DNA from: Fimbriosthenelais zetlandica
Taxonomy: Eukaryota
Reading direction: 5' to 3'
Length of the DNA stretch: 64,000 nt
Assembly: GCA_977030845.1 (NCBI GenBank)
Contig: OZ365111.1
Location: 15,934,001 to 15,998,000 of the forward strand
In this document: positions 1 through 13,100 of the stretch, in pieces
Position numbering within the stretch: position 1 is the first letter of the stretch
How the letters are laid out: every line of letters begins with the position of its first letter
The notes under the pieces: model-generated
What the model was told of the DNA's origin: nothing
The model's input: the letters and a program-made list of their open reading frames with translations, nothing else
The model's database searches: none
Program-made: the position numbers and the translations under genes

Positions 1-1126
1 CTTTCAAATTCCTCAATGACAGGATCTGATGATCTTGCTGTCAGTCCAGAATCCTCTACTTGTAAGCCTAATGCTTGTGTACAGGGTCTTGCCAATCCGG
101 AGCTAGCCTGCCTTTCTATACTAGAAACAATGTTTTGACCATTACCAGGATCAGCAGTTGGAACTGTATTAGAGATACCTTGCACTGGGTCTGAATGACT
201 GAGAACATGATTTTGTCCTTGGTAAATCTGCATATTGCTTGATATCGGGCTTTGAGGCAAATATTGTTGTTGGAGCTGTGGGACTTGGTGTTGCTGTAAC
301 ACAACAGGCATTGGCTGTCGATGCACAGGATGCTGTTGCACTGGCACAAGGTATGTCATTCTTTGCTGGTTGGTCATATGTTCACTAGTTGAACGGTGTA
401 CTGCAGATGGAAGCCCTGCATTCTGTGGTCTACCCTGTGCAGGCATGAGCGCAGGTAAAGGGGGTCGAATCTGCCGTGTTTGTGTTGGAGGTATAATTTT
501 TGCAAACTTAGGTTCTGGTCCCTGTGAAGCAATAGATCCTTGCTTTGGCATCCTAATGTATTTTATTTCCTGGGAGGATTGGTCAGGGACTCTGACCATT
601 GGTAGCAATGGTGGTGGTCCTCGAGGGTTTGCATGAGTCACATTTGGCAAAATTAGTTGCGCATGCGGTAGTAATTTATTAGCTGGTGGTGAAGCCAAAG
701 GCGGCATGACTCTTTGTCCACTGATCCCTTTATTTCCAGGATATATCGTAGAGGTCACTACAGGTGAATTGTAAGTTTGAGTCACTTGAATTTCAGCTGG
801 TTTTTCTGTCGAAGTATGATTTATTGTAGAGTTTTCCCTTGCTGGAGTATAGCCAGAGACATTAGAGTTCCTATTGATAACTGAGGGACTGCATGATACA
901 GGCTGCAGTCTTGCCGTCCTCTGAACTAAAGTGGATGTCCCATGATTGATGTTAGTCAGTTCTGGTTCTTGTACAGACATAGCACCCAAGGTAGTGGGTT
1001 GAATAAGAGGTGGCATTTCGACTGGAATTGTGGATTGTTTGATGCTAGCAGCACTTGGTAGTTGATGAATCTGTGGCTGGACCTTTTGGACAGGTGCATT
1101 CGGCTTGGTCTTACAGGTAAACACGC
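1..1126 (-). CDS. P/Q-rich coding exon running off the left edge (missing from the ORF track because it has no stop in the window)
   Basis: Acceptor cttcattgcag|GC at 1126. Manual translation is open: GVFTCKTKPNAPVQKVQPQIHQLP...QQHQVPQLQQQYLPQ...DPVIEEFE. Confidence 0.85.
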
Positions 1127-4100
1127 CTGCAATGAAGATCAACATAACACACAACTATAAGAAATTGCAATATTGGAGATCAATTTAGAGCATAAAGTTA
1201 AAAGTATAAAAGTTTTCACCATTAGAGTGTAACAAAAATTATCACTCTTGATATATAGATCATGACATGGAACCCAGTTAATGCAGTACATATGTATAAG
1301 ATCAAACCTGGTGTTTTGATGTTAGAAGTGTCCAATTTCTCAATTTCAACTTCTTCAGGCACCGATTTTTTACAGCACAGATCAAGTGGTGTGTCTTCTA
1401 TTACTATTACATCAGGGGTGGTGGCCACTGGTGGTGGGTCAGCAGTATTGGCTTTCTCTGGTTTGTTCAGATCTTGTCCTCCTACATCTTTTGTCTCGAT
1501 GGAACATATTACAGTATGTGATTGTAACCCCATTTCTGATTCCTCGTGCTTATCAGTTGGTAATGTTTTTTTTCTGAAAAAGTAAGGTTTACAATGGAAA
1601 ATGTGTCAATAATAAGTCATATCAAACTTAAGACGCATATATAATATTATCCATGTCATCATGGACAGCAAAGCTGACAAACTTACTCTTTGTCATATTC
1701 CAATCTAGCAGATTCTGTTCCATCATTGTTGACTGCCACGTCGTTTTCAGTGGCAATTGATGGTTTATTTGGGCATTGGCTGTTGTTGTCAGGATCTTTA
1801 TCTGTCTCTTCATTTTCTTTTACTGCAATGTTGGTTTCTTTCTGGTCGTTGGTTTCTGTCTCTGTTGCAGTCTCTGTGTTTGAACTAGGACTTTTAGACT
1901 GTGTATCCTCATCAGAGTTTGTCTTTGTGAGTTTCATAGATGAGTCGGCAAGTTTCTTTTCCAGCCAGTTATGCTGAGGGAATTCACGTGATAACCGTTG
2001 TTCAGTTTGCTGCTGGCCCCGCGTGATGCATTGCTTCTCAGAATTACTCCTCTTGCGCTTAGGTGGCAGGATTGTTGGTAAATCAACCAAATCTGAAGGA
2101 AATACTCTTCAGTATTAAAATTCATATAATTATTGTATATAAGTGCATTTAATGTTTAGGTTACATTTTATTGATCGGCTTTAATTATTACCATTACTGC
2201 AAGTAGGCAAGAACCTCTTGCAGGAAACATGTTTGGGAATTGGACACTTTATTGCAGGACCTGATCACCTATAAGTTTAAATAACACCTTTGAATCCAAG
2301 TGGGATTTTATTACTGCAATGACCTTTGGGGAGTTATTCATTGTATGCGTATTGAGAATTTTGTCAATCGTTTAACGAGACAAACACTGATACTACAAAA
2401 GTGCACTGTTGAAAAAAAAGAGGATAATATTTACCGATCGAATTTATTAAATGGATAATAGCTTTCCATCACTTTAATAATAACCTTCTTTTACTTTGTG
2501 TTAGTACCCGAGTTAAATTTTATTTTATTTTATATACCGACAGATTATTGTATGGACCAACAAAAATAATTCCTGGGATGGATACGACCTGGGTTATGTT
2601 TTTTTTGCAATGGAAATTGTTAATTCAAGCGTAGACACCCTTCTCCTATGATCCTTAAACATGGAACTCAACATAAGACAGTGAGAAGCTAATGTTTTAT
2701 CCCAGATAATGAATTATACATATGCATGCCTATTTCCAGAACCCTAGCTGATGAGTACATGACATTTTGGGCGTCTGCATGCAATAGTAGACCTACACCC
2801 ATGCATCTTTCATGATAATAGGCAATGGCAAAAAACCGTTTTTACCAACAGACCAGGAACAATTCTAAATTTTTAATTTTCAACAATCCAAAACGTATAA
2901 TAACTACTGCAAGGACACAGTTTCAGATTTTGGTTATACAAACCATCTCTCATCAAGTCATGCATAGCCAAATTCAGCCTCGAGGAGAAGTGAGCATTAG
3001 GTTCTCTGTTCTTTTTTCTCTTCTGAGAAGGTGGGAGGTAATGTCCATGTCTTAGGTATCCACTCAATGATCTTTTCTTAGCATTTCTCCTCTGTCTGCA
3101 CGACATGAAAATGGCTGTCAACTTAGGTTGCAAATCATGACTGCCAAGATGCACCCAGCAACTAAATAATCCTTGCGTATCCATCAATGTATAGTATTAC
3201 TATTTCAGAAGCTCTTCCGTATTTTAAAGCAATCTCCTCATATTGTATTTTATATCCTCCATTTTTTTTTATTGCTCATAGGTTGATATGTAGAGCACGT
3301 ATACATGTAATATATTTAATAACTGTCCCATATAATTATGCTTGTTAATTATTCATGAATGCAGAGCTGCAGGGTCTCCTGATTATTCATGAGAATAGAT
3401 CATATAGTCCTGACTATTATGAAAGAAGAAAAGAACACACCCACGTAGCTCATGGTTTGCTTTGAGTTGTACGCTGCAGGTCTGCATCGTTGCATCAATA
3501 ATACACAAGGGAATGATGCTGATTGTTGGGCCTCTCTCTCTATAGTTCATATTTGCAAGGGGATGGTCAGCTACCTGTGACGAAAAAATAGGTACAGTCC
3601 ACCTATTTGCAATGTTTTTTTCACGTCTGACAAGCCAACCATGTAGCCTAAAGCATATTACTAATTAGATATGTATAGTTATGTTGGGTTCATTATTATG
3701 TAAAGTGTGTTTTTACCCATGAAGAACATCCTTCAGAAACGAGAACACTATAATTATTAGTTGCCGTGGGGAAATTTTCCAGCCAAACTTGCCAAAGACA
3801 GTGTTCAAAGTATCAGTGATTTAGAAAATTGTTGTTCAAGTGCCAGAGGACAAGGTAACAACAAAAATTCACGATTCTGTATAGTACATGTATAATGCAT
3901 ACATACAACATGTATACATGTATAATTAGTCAGGGAAAATTAAGAATTGCCATATATTCCTCACATGAAATCCCGGTCAAGATTTCAGCATGTTATCTTT
4001 TGAAAGGGAATTTTACCACTAGTATTCCATCATCGGCTCAAGACTTGAATAAAATACATTGGTCTTGTGAAATATACTTCCGCTCTATTTGTATTGGTAT

Positions 4101-7100
4101 GTCTGTCTGTCTACCGGTTGGGGTGTCTGTCTGCCTGTTTGGTAACTTTATATTATATATATATGTATCCTTCAACCTTTCCAACTCGTGATGTATTTAA
4201 TGACAGTCGTGATGTATTATTATAGCACTCACCGGGCCGTGTAAATTGAAGGCTATTCATTCCAAAGGGAAGTATTAGTCTCTAATAGTGACTTATCTTA
4301 AATTAGTTATATATATATATATGCTTATAACGCTCTGTGATATTATAGGATCTAGCGCTATTCCAGTCACGCCCTCTTGTCTCCGTGATAGATGCAAACT
4401 TGCGCATTCTCAATACATGCCAGTTACTATGGCACACATGTACACATGGATGATTTATGCTCGTGTATATCAGAGCCATATATGGAGCACCAGACACGTG
4501 GTTCTGCGTATAGGCTGTGTACTTTATGCATATCGGTGTGTATTACTCTCTATGGAATTCGAGAGGAAAAGGGGAGGAGGTGGAAAGAAACCTAGGCGGG
4601 TCTCTTTATACCGAAACGCCCCATGATCTAAAGTAACAGACGTTATAAGTCATGATGCTTGTTATGTTTTGCCCTAATTCGCAACCATCCAGGGGCTAAT
4701 TTTCTAAAGCATTACAATGTCCACTGGGCTATAATATTTCCCTTAATTAAGTTACTTCAGCCCCTCAATAATGTTTTTTGTCAATTGATGGCCCGAAACC
4801 TTTGCCAAAGAACCGCATGACATGTCAAGAAACAGGCTAGTGGGCAAAAGACTGGGACCTTTTTTACATTTTTACAAAGCGGTCCTTGATGCAATTTCTA
4901 TCACAAGCTTGGGAATGAAATAATTATTTAATTTCACATCGTTTTTAGGACTAACTCTGACTGAAATAAATGTTTTTAATAAAAGATGAAACTTATGAGT
5001 ATGATAATTATGAGTATGTTGAACTCAATAATTGTTCTTCCAAGAGAAACTGTTATAAACCAACAAAAACTCAACATGATGCATGGTTTCAGAACATTGA
5101 AGGGTTCAGAGGGGTCGCAAAGTAGCACGTAACCATCTTATTACCTTTACCCAACTTTTTTTTTTACAAGTATTTCAAGGTTGTTTGTATCTCCACGGTC
5201 TAGTGAATGCCCCAGATAGATAGCTGATTAGATGGAAATACTGTCTTTCCCTTCTTATTGTGACTAAGATCGTACTATATAAGAAATTGCTTGAATAAAA
5301 AATATTCTGATGGGGCTTATATCTAGCTCCCCCCCCCCCCCCCCCCTCACCCTATACCCGTTCCATAATCCTGTATCCGTCCTTTTACTTTGATAAAGTT
5401 TTTTCCAATTTTGTGTTGGAAGCTGTGGTTTGTTTGGAGCCAGTTTTGGACTACATCACTGTGAAGATACACTGATCTAGATGTGGAATCTTGAACTGTG
5501 TATTATGTACGGTTATCCAGATAGGACTTGAAACATCAACTCATCCTACTATCACTCCAGGGCTGCTCTATGAACCGTGACCATGTGTCATGCTTGATCT
5601 CTCTGCTGCGTTCGACACCCTTGACCATGAAACCTTACTCCGTCGCTTTGAGCATCTGTTCGGGATAACTGGTGATGCACTTAGTTGGGTGACATCATAT
5701 CTGACTGACAGATACCAAGTTGTTGTGATAGACGGGGAACACTCAACGCCTGTCCTCTTACAGCATGGAGTACCACAGGGCTCGGTACTGGGTCCTAAAT
5801 ACTTCACGTTGTACTCGCAGCCACTGGGGAATGTCATACGTCGGTTTGGCTTATCATATCATCTTTATGCAGATGACACTCAGATGTATGTGTCATTTAA
5901 ACCAAAAGAGACGATGGCGCAAACAGAGGCACTGGATCTCCTGGAAAGATGTCTCAAGGATGTTGAAGGCTGGATGCATACTAATATGCTCAAGCTCAAT
6001 GGCGACAAAACAGAGATCATGATCTTCGCATCCCCCCATAACAGGAAAAATATGGACAATATCACCGTCCATGTGGGTAACTCGGAGATTCCAGCTGTAT
6101 CACAGGTGAAGAATCTGGGAGTCATTTTTGACCCAGCCATGACTATGCAACCACATGTACGCAGCGTCAGCCGATCCTGCTTTGGCCAACTCCGTAACAT
6201 CGGCCACATAAGACGGTACCTAACAAACGATGCCACTAAGACACTGGTCAACGGGTTGGTAACATCCCGTTTAGATTACTGTAATATACTTCTAAGCGGA
6301 ATACCACAAGCCACTATCAGCACACTACAACGGGTTCAAAACACTGCAGCTCGTATAGTGTCCCGTACATCTCGGTTCGAGCACATCACACCCGTACTAA
6401 GGGAGCTACACTGGCTGCCTTTGCAGTCACGTGTAGCCTATAAAATCCTCGTGATGACCTACAAGGCCCTAAATGGACTGGTGCCAAAATACATAACGGA
6501 CATGCTGAGCATCCACCAGCCAGCACGGGCACTGAGATCTTCAGACTCCACCTTACTCTCAGTCCCCAGAATCCGCACAGTCAAATATGGAGAGGGGCAG
6601 TTCCAGTATGCATCTGCCAAGCGATGGAACGCCCTGCCCTTGAACATTCGAGAGGCCTCCACTCTACCCATTTTTCAAACACTCCTTAAAACCCACCTTT
6701 TCAATGCACACTTTGGAACATTATAATAATAATTTAAACTGATGTTAGATATATTGGTCAAATTTTTCATTAAATTAAAGTTGTTAAAATTGTACAGCGC
6801 TTTTGAACATGCGACTGCATGTAAAGAGCGCTCTATAAATGTGGTATATAATAATAATAATAATAAACTTATGCTTGAATGTGTTTGGCAGTGAATCTGA
6901 AGTGTTTTGGGCGTGCGGGGTCATGGGCGCTCACCTGAAAGGTTGGGCGCTAATAAAAGTATTAAAATAAACATGATGATACCTGGAGGGAAAAAAGAAT
7001 GTGCCAACACGATTGTTTTCGTTTCCATGGATACAGTACTTAACAGCGCCCACTGCATTAAAAACAACCATTATTTATGTTAATGAGGGGCGTTAAAATA

Positions 7101-10100
7101 TAGGATCATGGGATACCTGCATCTGATAGTTTTAGCAAATGGTGCATACAATTTCTTTATGGAAATATCTAAAACTATCTTTGACATTATACAACAACAT
7201 ATTATCAGAAGTAGATCATATTCTTATAGATCTGCCTAGGCCAAATTTAATGCAATGTAGGCATAATTATTTACTATTATTAGATAATATTTATAACTAG
7301 TTAAGAGTGTAATGAGAGTTTCATATTTAGGTACAATAAATAGGTATTGTATATTATTTTACTACATTTATTTCTTTTTTTCTGAGCCCGTATGTGGATG
7401 ATGTAAAATAATTATATCCATTATTATTCCGTCTGGCCATGTCAATTTTGACTATAAAATATATATGATATATATACCGGTAGGATTTGTATTTCTGAGA
7501 AATCTACTGAGAGACACAATTAAAGGCAACATAAAATGGCTCCATTGTTATCTCCATGATCTATAGAGATCATAAATTAATCAAACACACCTGTTGCCCT
7601 GCAAATAAAAGCATCCATGACTCAGTATTTCTGATTTATTTTCTTATCTTTTTTCGTGAATTATTATTGCACATGTGAGTTTGTGAAACACAAACCATGT
7701 ATGTCAACATGGGGTGCACACAACATGCATGTGCACACCATGACCATCATGTGCACACCATGACCATCTTTATAAAGCATTTTCCTGTTCATGCATTATA
7801 AGACCTAGCCATTTTTTGCAGACATGTAATGTATACCGAATTTGCCCTGAATAATGTCAAAATATAAAACCATATGAAAGTTTTTATAATTATATTTTAT
7901 AATTAATATTATAGATGTTTTTCTAACGATAATACAGAAGTTTTTCTACCTACCGTTTAATGTTGAGTCATCTGTTTCGTTCCTTCTCTTCACAGCTGCA
8001 ACCTCAGAGGTGGCACTCTTCAGAGATTGGCCTCCTTGTCCCTTCGAATTTTTCCCTTTTTCATTCTTATCCGTTCCTTGAGCCTTCCTTTTATTCCGAC
8101 TGTCATCTTTCTTACCCTTAATCAGGTTTTTGGAATCCCTTTTAGTAATGGGTTTCGGAATTACTGGCTTTCCACTGGACCTCAGAATCTTTGCTTTTCC
8201 CACATTACTTCCACTCTCGGCAGAGGAATCACTTTCAAACCCAAAATCTGTCTCTTCGTAATTTGTTACCGTTGTTCCATCAGCCCATGTGCGTCTACGA
8301 GCTCGAGTATTGAAAATTTTAACAACCAGTCCTTTTTTACCTGTACCAGGCTCAGTACGAAGCCGTTTGAGGATGTTGTTCCCCTTTCCTGACGGACCCT
8401 TCTTTTTCCTCGGACCAGCCTCTTTCTTTCCCTTTTCACTTAGGCCAGAAACTTTATGTTGAAAACGTTTTGTTACTTTGGTAGGTCTTCCATATCTCTT
8501 TGTGGGTGGAGGTTTCTGGACTCGATCAGCGCCGGCATCCTTCCCATGGGATTCAGTCTTATTTTCCTCCTCGTCTTCCTTTTCTGATTCCTGTGATTTT
8601 ATGTTATTAGGATCTAAACAAGTCCGGCTACTCAATCTAACAATGAGTGTTTTTAACCTGGGCATTTCAGGTTCCCTTCTTTTGCATATATTCGAGCTAG
8701 GGGCGTCCTCTGTGTCTGGATTGGGCCCATTGATTTTACTTTTTGCCTCTGGTTCATCGTGCTTTGCCTCGAGTGATTGTATTGATTTATTCATTGATTC
8801 CGTGCAGGTATCATTGTCCTTCAAAGATTCAGAAACATCAACAATCTTTTCCCTAGAACTTAACAGTGAGTCCTCTGCTTGTTCAGGGTTGCTTTGTGGG
8901 TTGGTTCGAGTGTTTTCTAGCAATTTCTGGTCAGGCTGCGATGGTTTATTAGACATTGACAGTTCATGGGTACAATGACGTGCCTGTGACGTGTCTGTGA
9001 CTTCCATTTCAGGCTGCTGTTTTCTCTCATTACATCTATCTATCTCTTGCTCACTTGTTGAGTTAGATGTTTTGTCATTCAGTATGGATTGTGTAGGGGT
9101 AGACCTATTTCCATTGGCTGCTGGTTTAGAACTTTTGTCATTCAGTATTGAGGATTGTGTAGGGGTATTTCCATCCACTGCCATACTAATATCCTTGGAT
9201 GAATCCTTTTCTCCTGAGATGGGATGAAGGGAATCTCTATTATTTCCCAGTTCAGCACCATTTTGTACCTGGTTACATGGCGGGGTGCTCCTGTTGAGGG
9301 ATGGGACTGAGGCAGTAGATACATCATGTTTCACACAGCCGTCACTCAGTGTCTCTAGTGCTGCATCTTCTTCTCTCATCTCTGATTGAACTCTGTTGTC
9401 CATATTCAATACGGCTTCATTTGTTGCTGATGATGATGATGATTTCTGGAGTGGGGTTGAATAAATTTCGCCTGTCATTTCTGAATTCTCTACTACATCC
9501 CTACTTTCATCAATAACTAAAACAGGGTCAGTATCCACGTCAATGTAAGTGTCTACATGGGTTAAATCACATGTGAACGGTGCATTGTTCAGATTGTTGT
9601 ACTCTTCATGTCTCAAGGACATTACACAGTCAATCTTTAATGTAAGAGGGTCAACTGTCCTGTCAGGAATTGTACTACTTCCGGAGTCAGCACCTGGGTT
9701 AATTTCTTCAAATGTGTCCGTGTTGTATACAGTGGAAACCTCGCCTGAAGATGTATTAATTTCAGTACCAGGTTCTTCTAAGTTTTTCCCTGGTGAAATT
9801 TGTAAATTAGTTGCATCTTCACCTCCTTTCTGAGACACTTCTTCAGTTACTTTGCAGTCATAAATTTCATCTACAGTTGGTTCTGTAGCCCCCTGGGAAA
9901 CCATTTCCTTCTGATTTTCGTCGGAAATTTCTATCGATTCATCTACATTAGCAACTTTTTCACCGACTACTTTCTTCTTTGGATCGTGAATGTGTTCATT
10001 TATGCCAACAATTTTTGAACTTTTGTCCAATGTTGACATATTAATGTCAAACTCATCTTTTTCTAAGTTCACAGCACTGTCCAGTGATTTATTAATTCCT

Positions 10101-13100
10101 TTTCCTTCGGGCAGTTCGTTCATATTCACAGGTAGTCTATTGCTAGATGTTTGCACTGTGGAATCACCTGACATTGTGTTTTCTGTCAAATCTATGTGTG
10201 GCCCTTGGTCCTCAACAGCTCTACTTATCCCCATTAGTGAATCAATATTTGCTTCCAATTGATCTCCAATTTTATCCTTTGTGATCTCCACGTTTCGTAT
10301 TGTAGTTACGGTTTCATTCTCATCCGAAGTCTGTCCTTCTGCTGTTTTAAGGGTGTCTGTTTTACTCTGAGCTATATCATTGTCGTCACCCTGAGGGGAT
10401 ATCACTGATTTTTCATCAGATAAACTTTTAATATTTTCCTTTGATGCTGCATCAGTTTTTATTTGGGGACCTTCATCATTCATCCTTTTCTCTGACATCT
10501 CTGGATAAAAACTTGGCATCTCAGCTTGTAATGTTACCTCACTTGTTTTTTCTTCAGTCTCATTTCCAGTTTCCTTTACTTCGGGGCATGGTAATGACTT
10601 AACTTCTTGATAAAGAACCCTAGATGTAACTTGGCGTGACGAGTAGTTCCCTATTTCTTTATTTTGAGTATCTGTTTCTGGTTCAACTCTGAAGATAGTT
10701 TTAACTTCTTCCTTGGATTCGGATGGGATAATCTGTAATTGTTCATTTTTCAATTGACATTGAAACAGAACTTGCTCTGTCGATTTGATCTCCCTATTTG
10801 TTACAAGCTCTGTCTTCATTGTCTCTTCTTTTTTTACGCACTTTTCTCCTGAACTATTTTTAACCTCTCTCTGAAAGCCCTTCAATGTGTCTTTGACTTC
10901 CTCTTTAGCATCTATATTTGATTTAGCTGTGGTTGTAGGAAGTTGCTTATCATTGCACAAATCCATTACAAGCATCTGAACACTCCCTTCCTTTCCATGA
11001 CTTTCTGTTTTTTCTTCAGCCTTAATTTTGTTTTCCCCTTCAATCTTTTCGTCCACTGTCTTCTGTGGAGTCCATTTTTCAGGTCTGGTCTCTACAAGTT
11101 CTACATTTTCCTCTGAGTGTTGAGAGAACAGCTTTTGGTCCTGGCCTATTGTACCCAGTGTTGATTCTGATGGTTCATAAACTCTCAGTACCTGTACTGT
11201 TGTTCTTTGTTTTGGTGGAGATTTCTCCACCATAATGATACTTTCTCCTGGCCCAGAACACATATGAAGCTCCAAATCATCATCTTGCTCTTCACTCACT
11301 GATTTGTCATTGATTTGATCTTTGCGTTCCTCTTGGTTAGTTTTCTTGTTGAGTTCTGCATCACTTGATTCTTGGTGGGCACTAGATGTTGTATCAATTG
11401 CCATTTCATTTATTGCTGTATGGCCAGTAAGGGTTGCCACAAACATGTTTTTGTCAATGTTCACATTTGTCTGCTGATTTACCTGGTACTGGCCTAATTG
11501 AACAACTTCTGCTGCACTTTCTTCCTGTTCTGCTGCAGTTTCCGCAGGAACACTGCTCTTTATTTCATTGATCGTTGCAACAGATGGGACTGTCTGTTCA
11601 TTAGATGTGCCATCAGCATTATGTGATGAGTTCTCTTGGCCAGCCTTTCTATCTTTACTAGTCTTTTGACAGTTTTCAAAGTCATGTTCAAGGCCTTTTA
11701 AAGGATTTGGTTTGGTATTTGCGTCAACCTGAAGGGATGCATCTGTCAACTGTGTGTTGACCTCTTGGGCTACAATTTCCATTCTGTTCACATTATCTGG
11801 ATTCAGTTGCTGTTGCTCATCATCTGTGTTTGGGTGGGTGTCTTCACTTGAGCTAGGAGAATTGTTTTTGGTTATCACCCAATCCTCAGAGTCTTCTACT
11901 ATATCAATATCATGTGGTGGTAATGGCAAGGGAGTAAGAGTATGATTCAAAAGCATAACAGGATGAGGTTTCTTTATATTGAGAGCCATATCAGTTGGTG
12001 CAATGTGTGTTACTTGATGTTTGTCCCACTTCTTCACTTGTGTTGTCTCCACAACACTCGAACCTTCCTCAGTTACATGAAGTTTTGCATCATTTTCTTT
12101 AATATTCCTGTGTTTGCTTGGAGAACCGCCTGTTCTAGTGTGACCTTGAGTTTCACTATTGCCATGTTTCAACACCTCCATACCATCTTTGATGTGCAAT
12201 TTATCTTTTGGGGGATTCAAGTTTGACTGTTCTTCTGTCAAATCATGTGCCACTGTAACAGGTGGTGTTGTAAGCAATTTAGGACTCTGACTCTTAAACA
12301 TTTTCGATGCAACTTCCAAGTCAAATCCCTTTTCTTTTGGTACATTAACGTCTTCTTGACTTGGGATTGTTATCAAATTCTTTATTTGCTGTTCACGACC
12401 ATCACATGAAATTTGAACTTTTGAGGGAGTAGCCCCTCTGACAATTTCAGAATCCTTTGTCTTTGAGCCTTGCGGTGTTTGGGCAATGATTACTTTGATT
12501 GATTTTGGTTCATGTGATAAAATATCAACCTTGGCATTTGTGGGGTTAGAATTACAGCGTTCTTCTTTCATGGAAGCAGGATATTCCTTCTTCTTAAATC
12601 TAAAATCCAATAAACTTGATTTTTTAGAAGTAATTGTGCTTGGGTACTTCATCAGCTGTACAGGCTCAATCCTTAATGGACTACTCGGTCCGATTTTATT
12701 TTTTTTAGTTAAAGAACCATTGTCCTTTCCTGTTGCATCAGTAAGAGCGATCTGTGGGGAGCCTGAAGGGGAAGACGATATGTCTCGGTTTTCTTCTGAT
12801 GCCCCTTGTTGAGCATTATCAGATATATCATGTTTCATTCTTGACTCGCTGCTATCAGCCTGAGACATTTCACTCTTGTTCTCAGGGATTGTATTCAATG
12901 TACTAGTATCAGAAATACTTACAGTTGACTCAGATTTGCATCTGCCCAAGCTTAAACTTTTATGTTGTCCCTCTGATTTCTGTTTGTCTATATGTCCTGA
13001 TCTATACCTCTCACTAGATTTATGTCTGCTATGAGTGGAATGAGTTTTTGTGTGAGATGATTTTGAGCGGTGTCGATGATGTGATGCAGATGAAGAGGAG

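Noticed and set aside
2747-2800. CTGATGA cores as possible hammerhead ribozymes (also ~51353 and ~54398)
   Set aside because: No stem II followed by GAAA and no closing stems.
4099-4625. (GTCT)n tract plus a 3' mini-hairpin suggesting a Helentron/HINE-like element
   Set aside because: No sub-terminal inverted repeats or second copy found in the window; evidence too thin.
5590-6726. 378-aa ORF as a host gene or domesticated reverse transcriptase
   Set aside because: It begins mid-RT domain and is followed by a LINE 3' UTR and TAA tail; a truncated retrotransposon copy.
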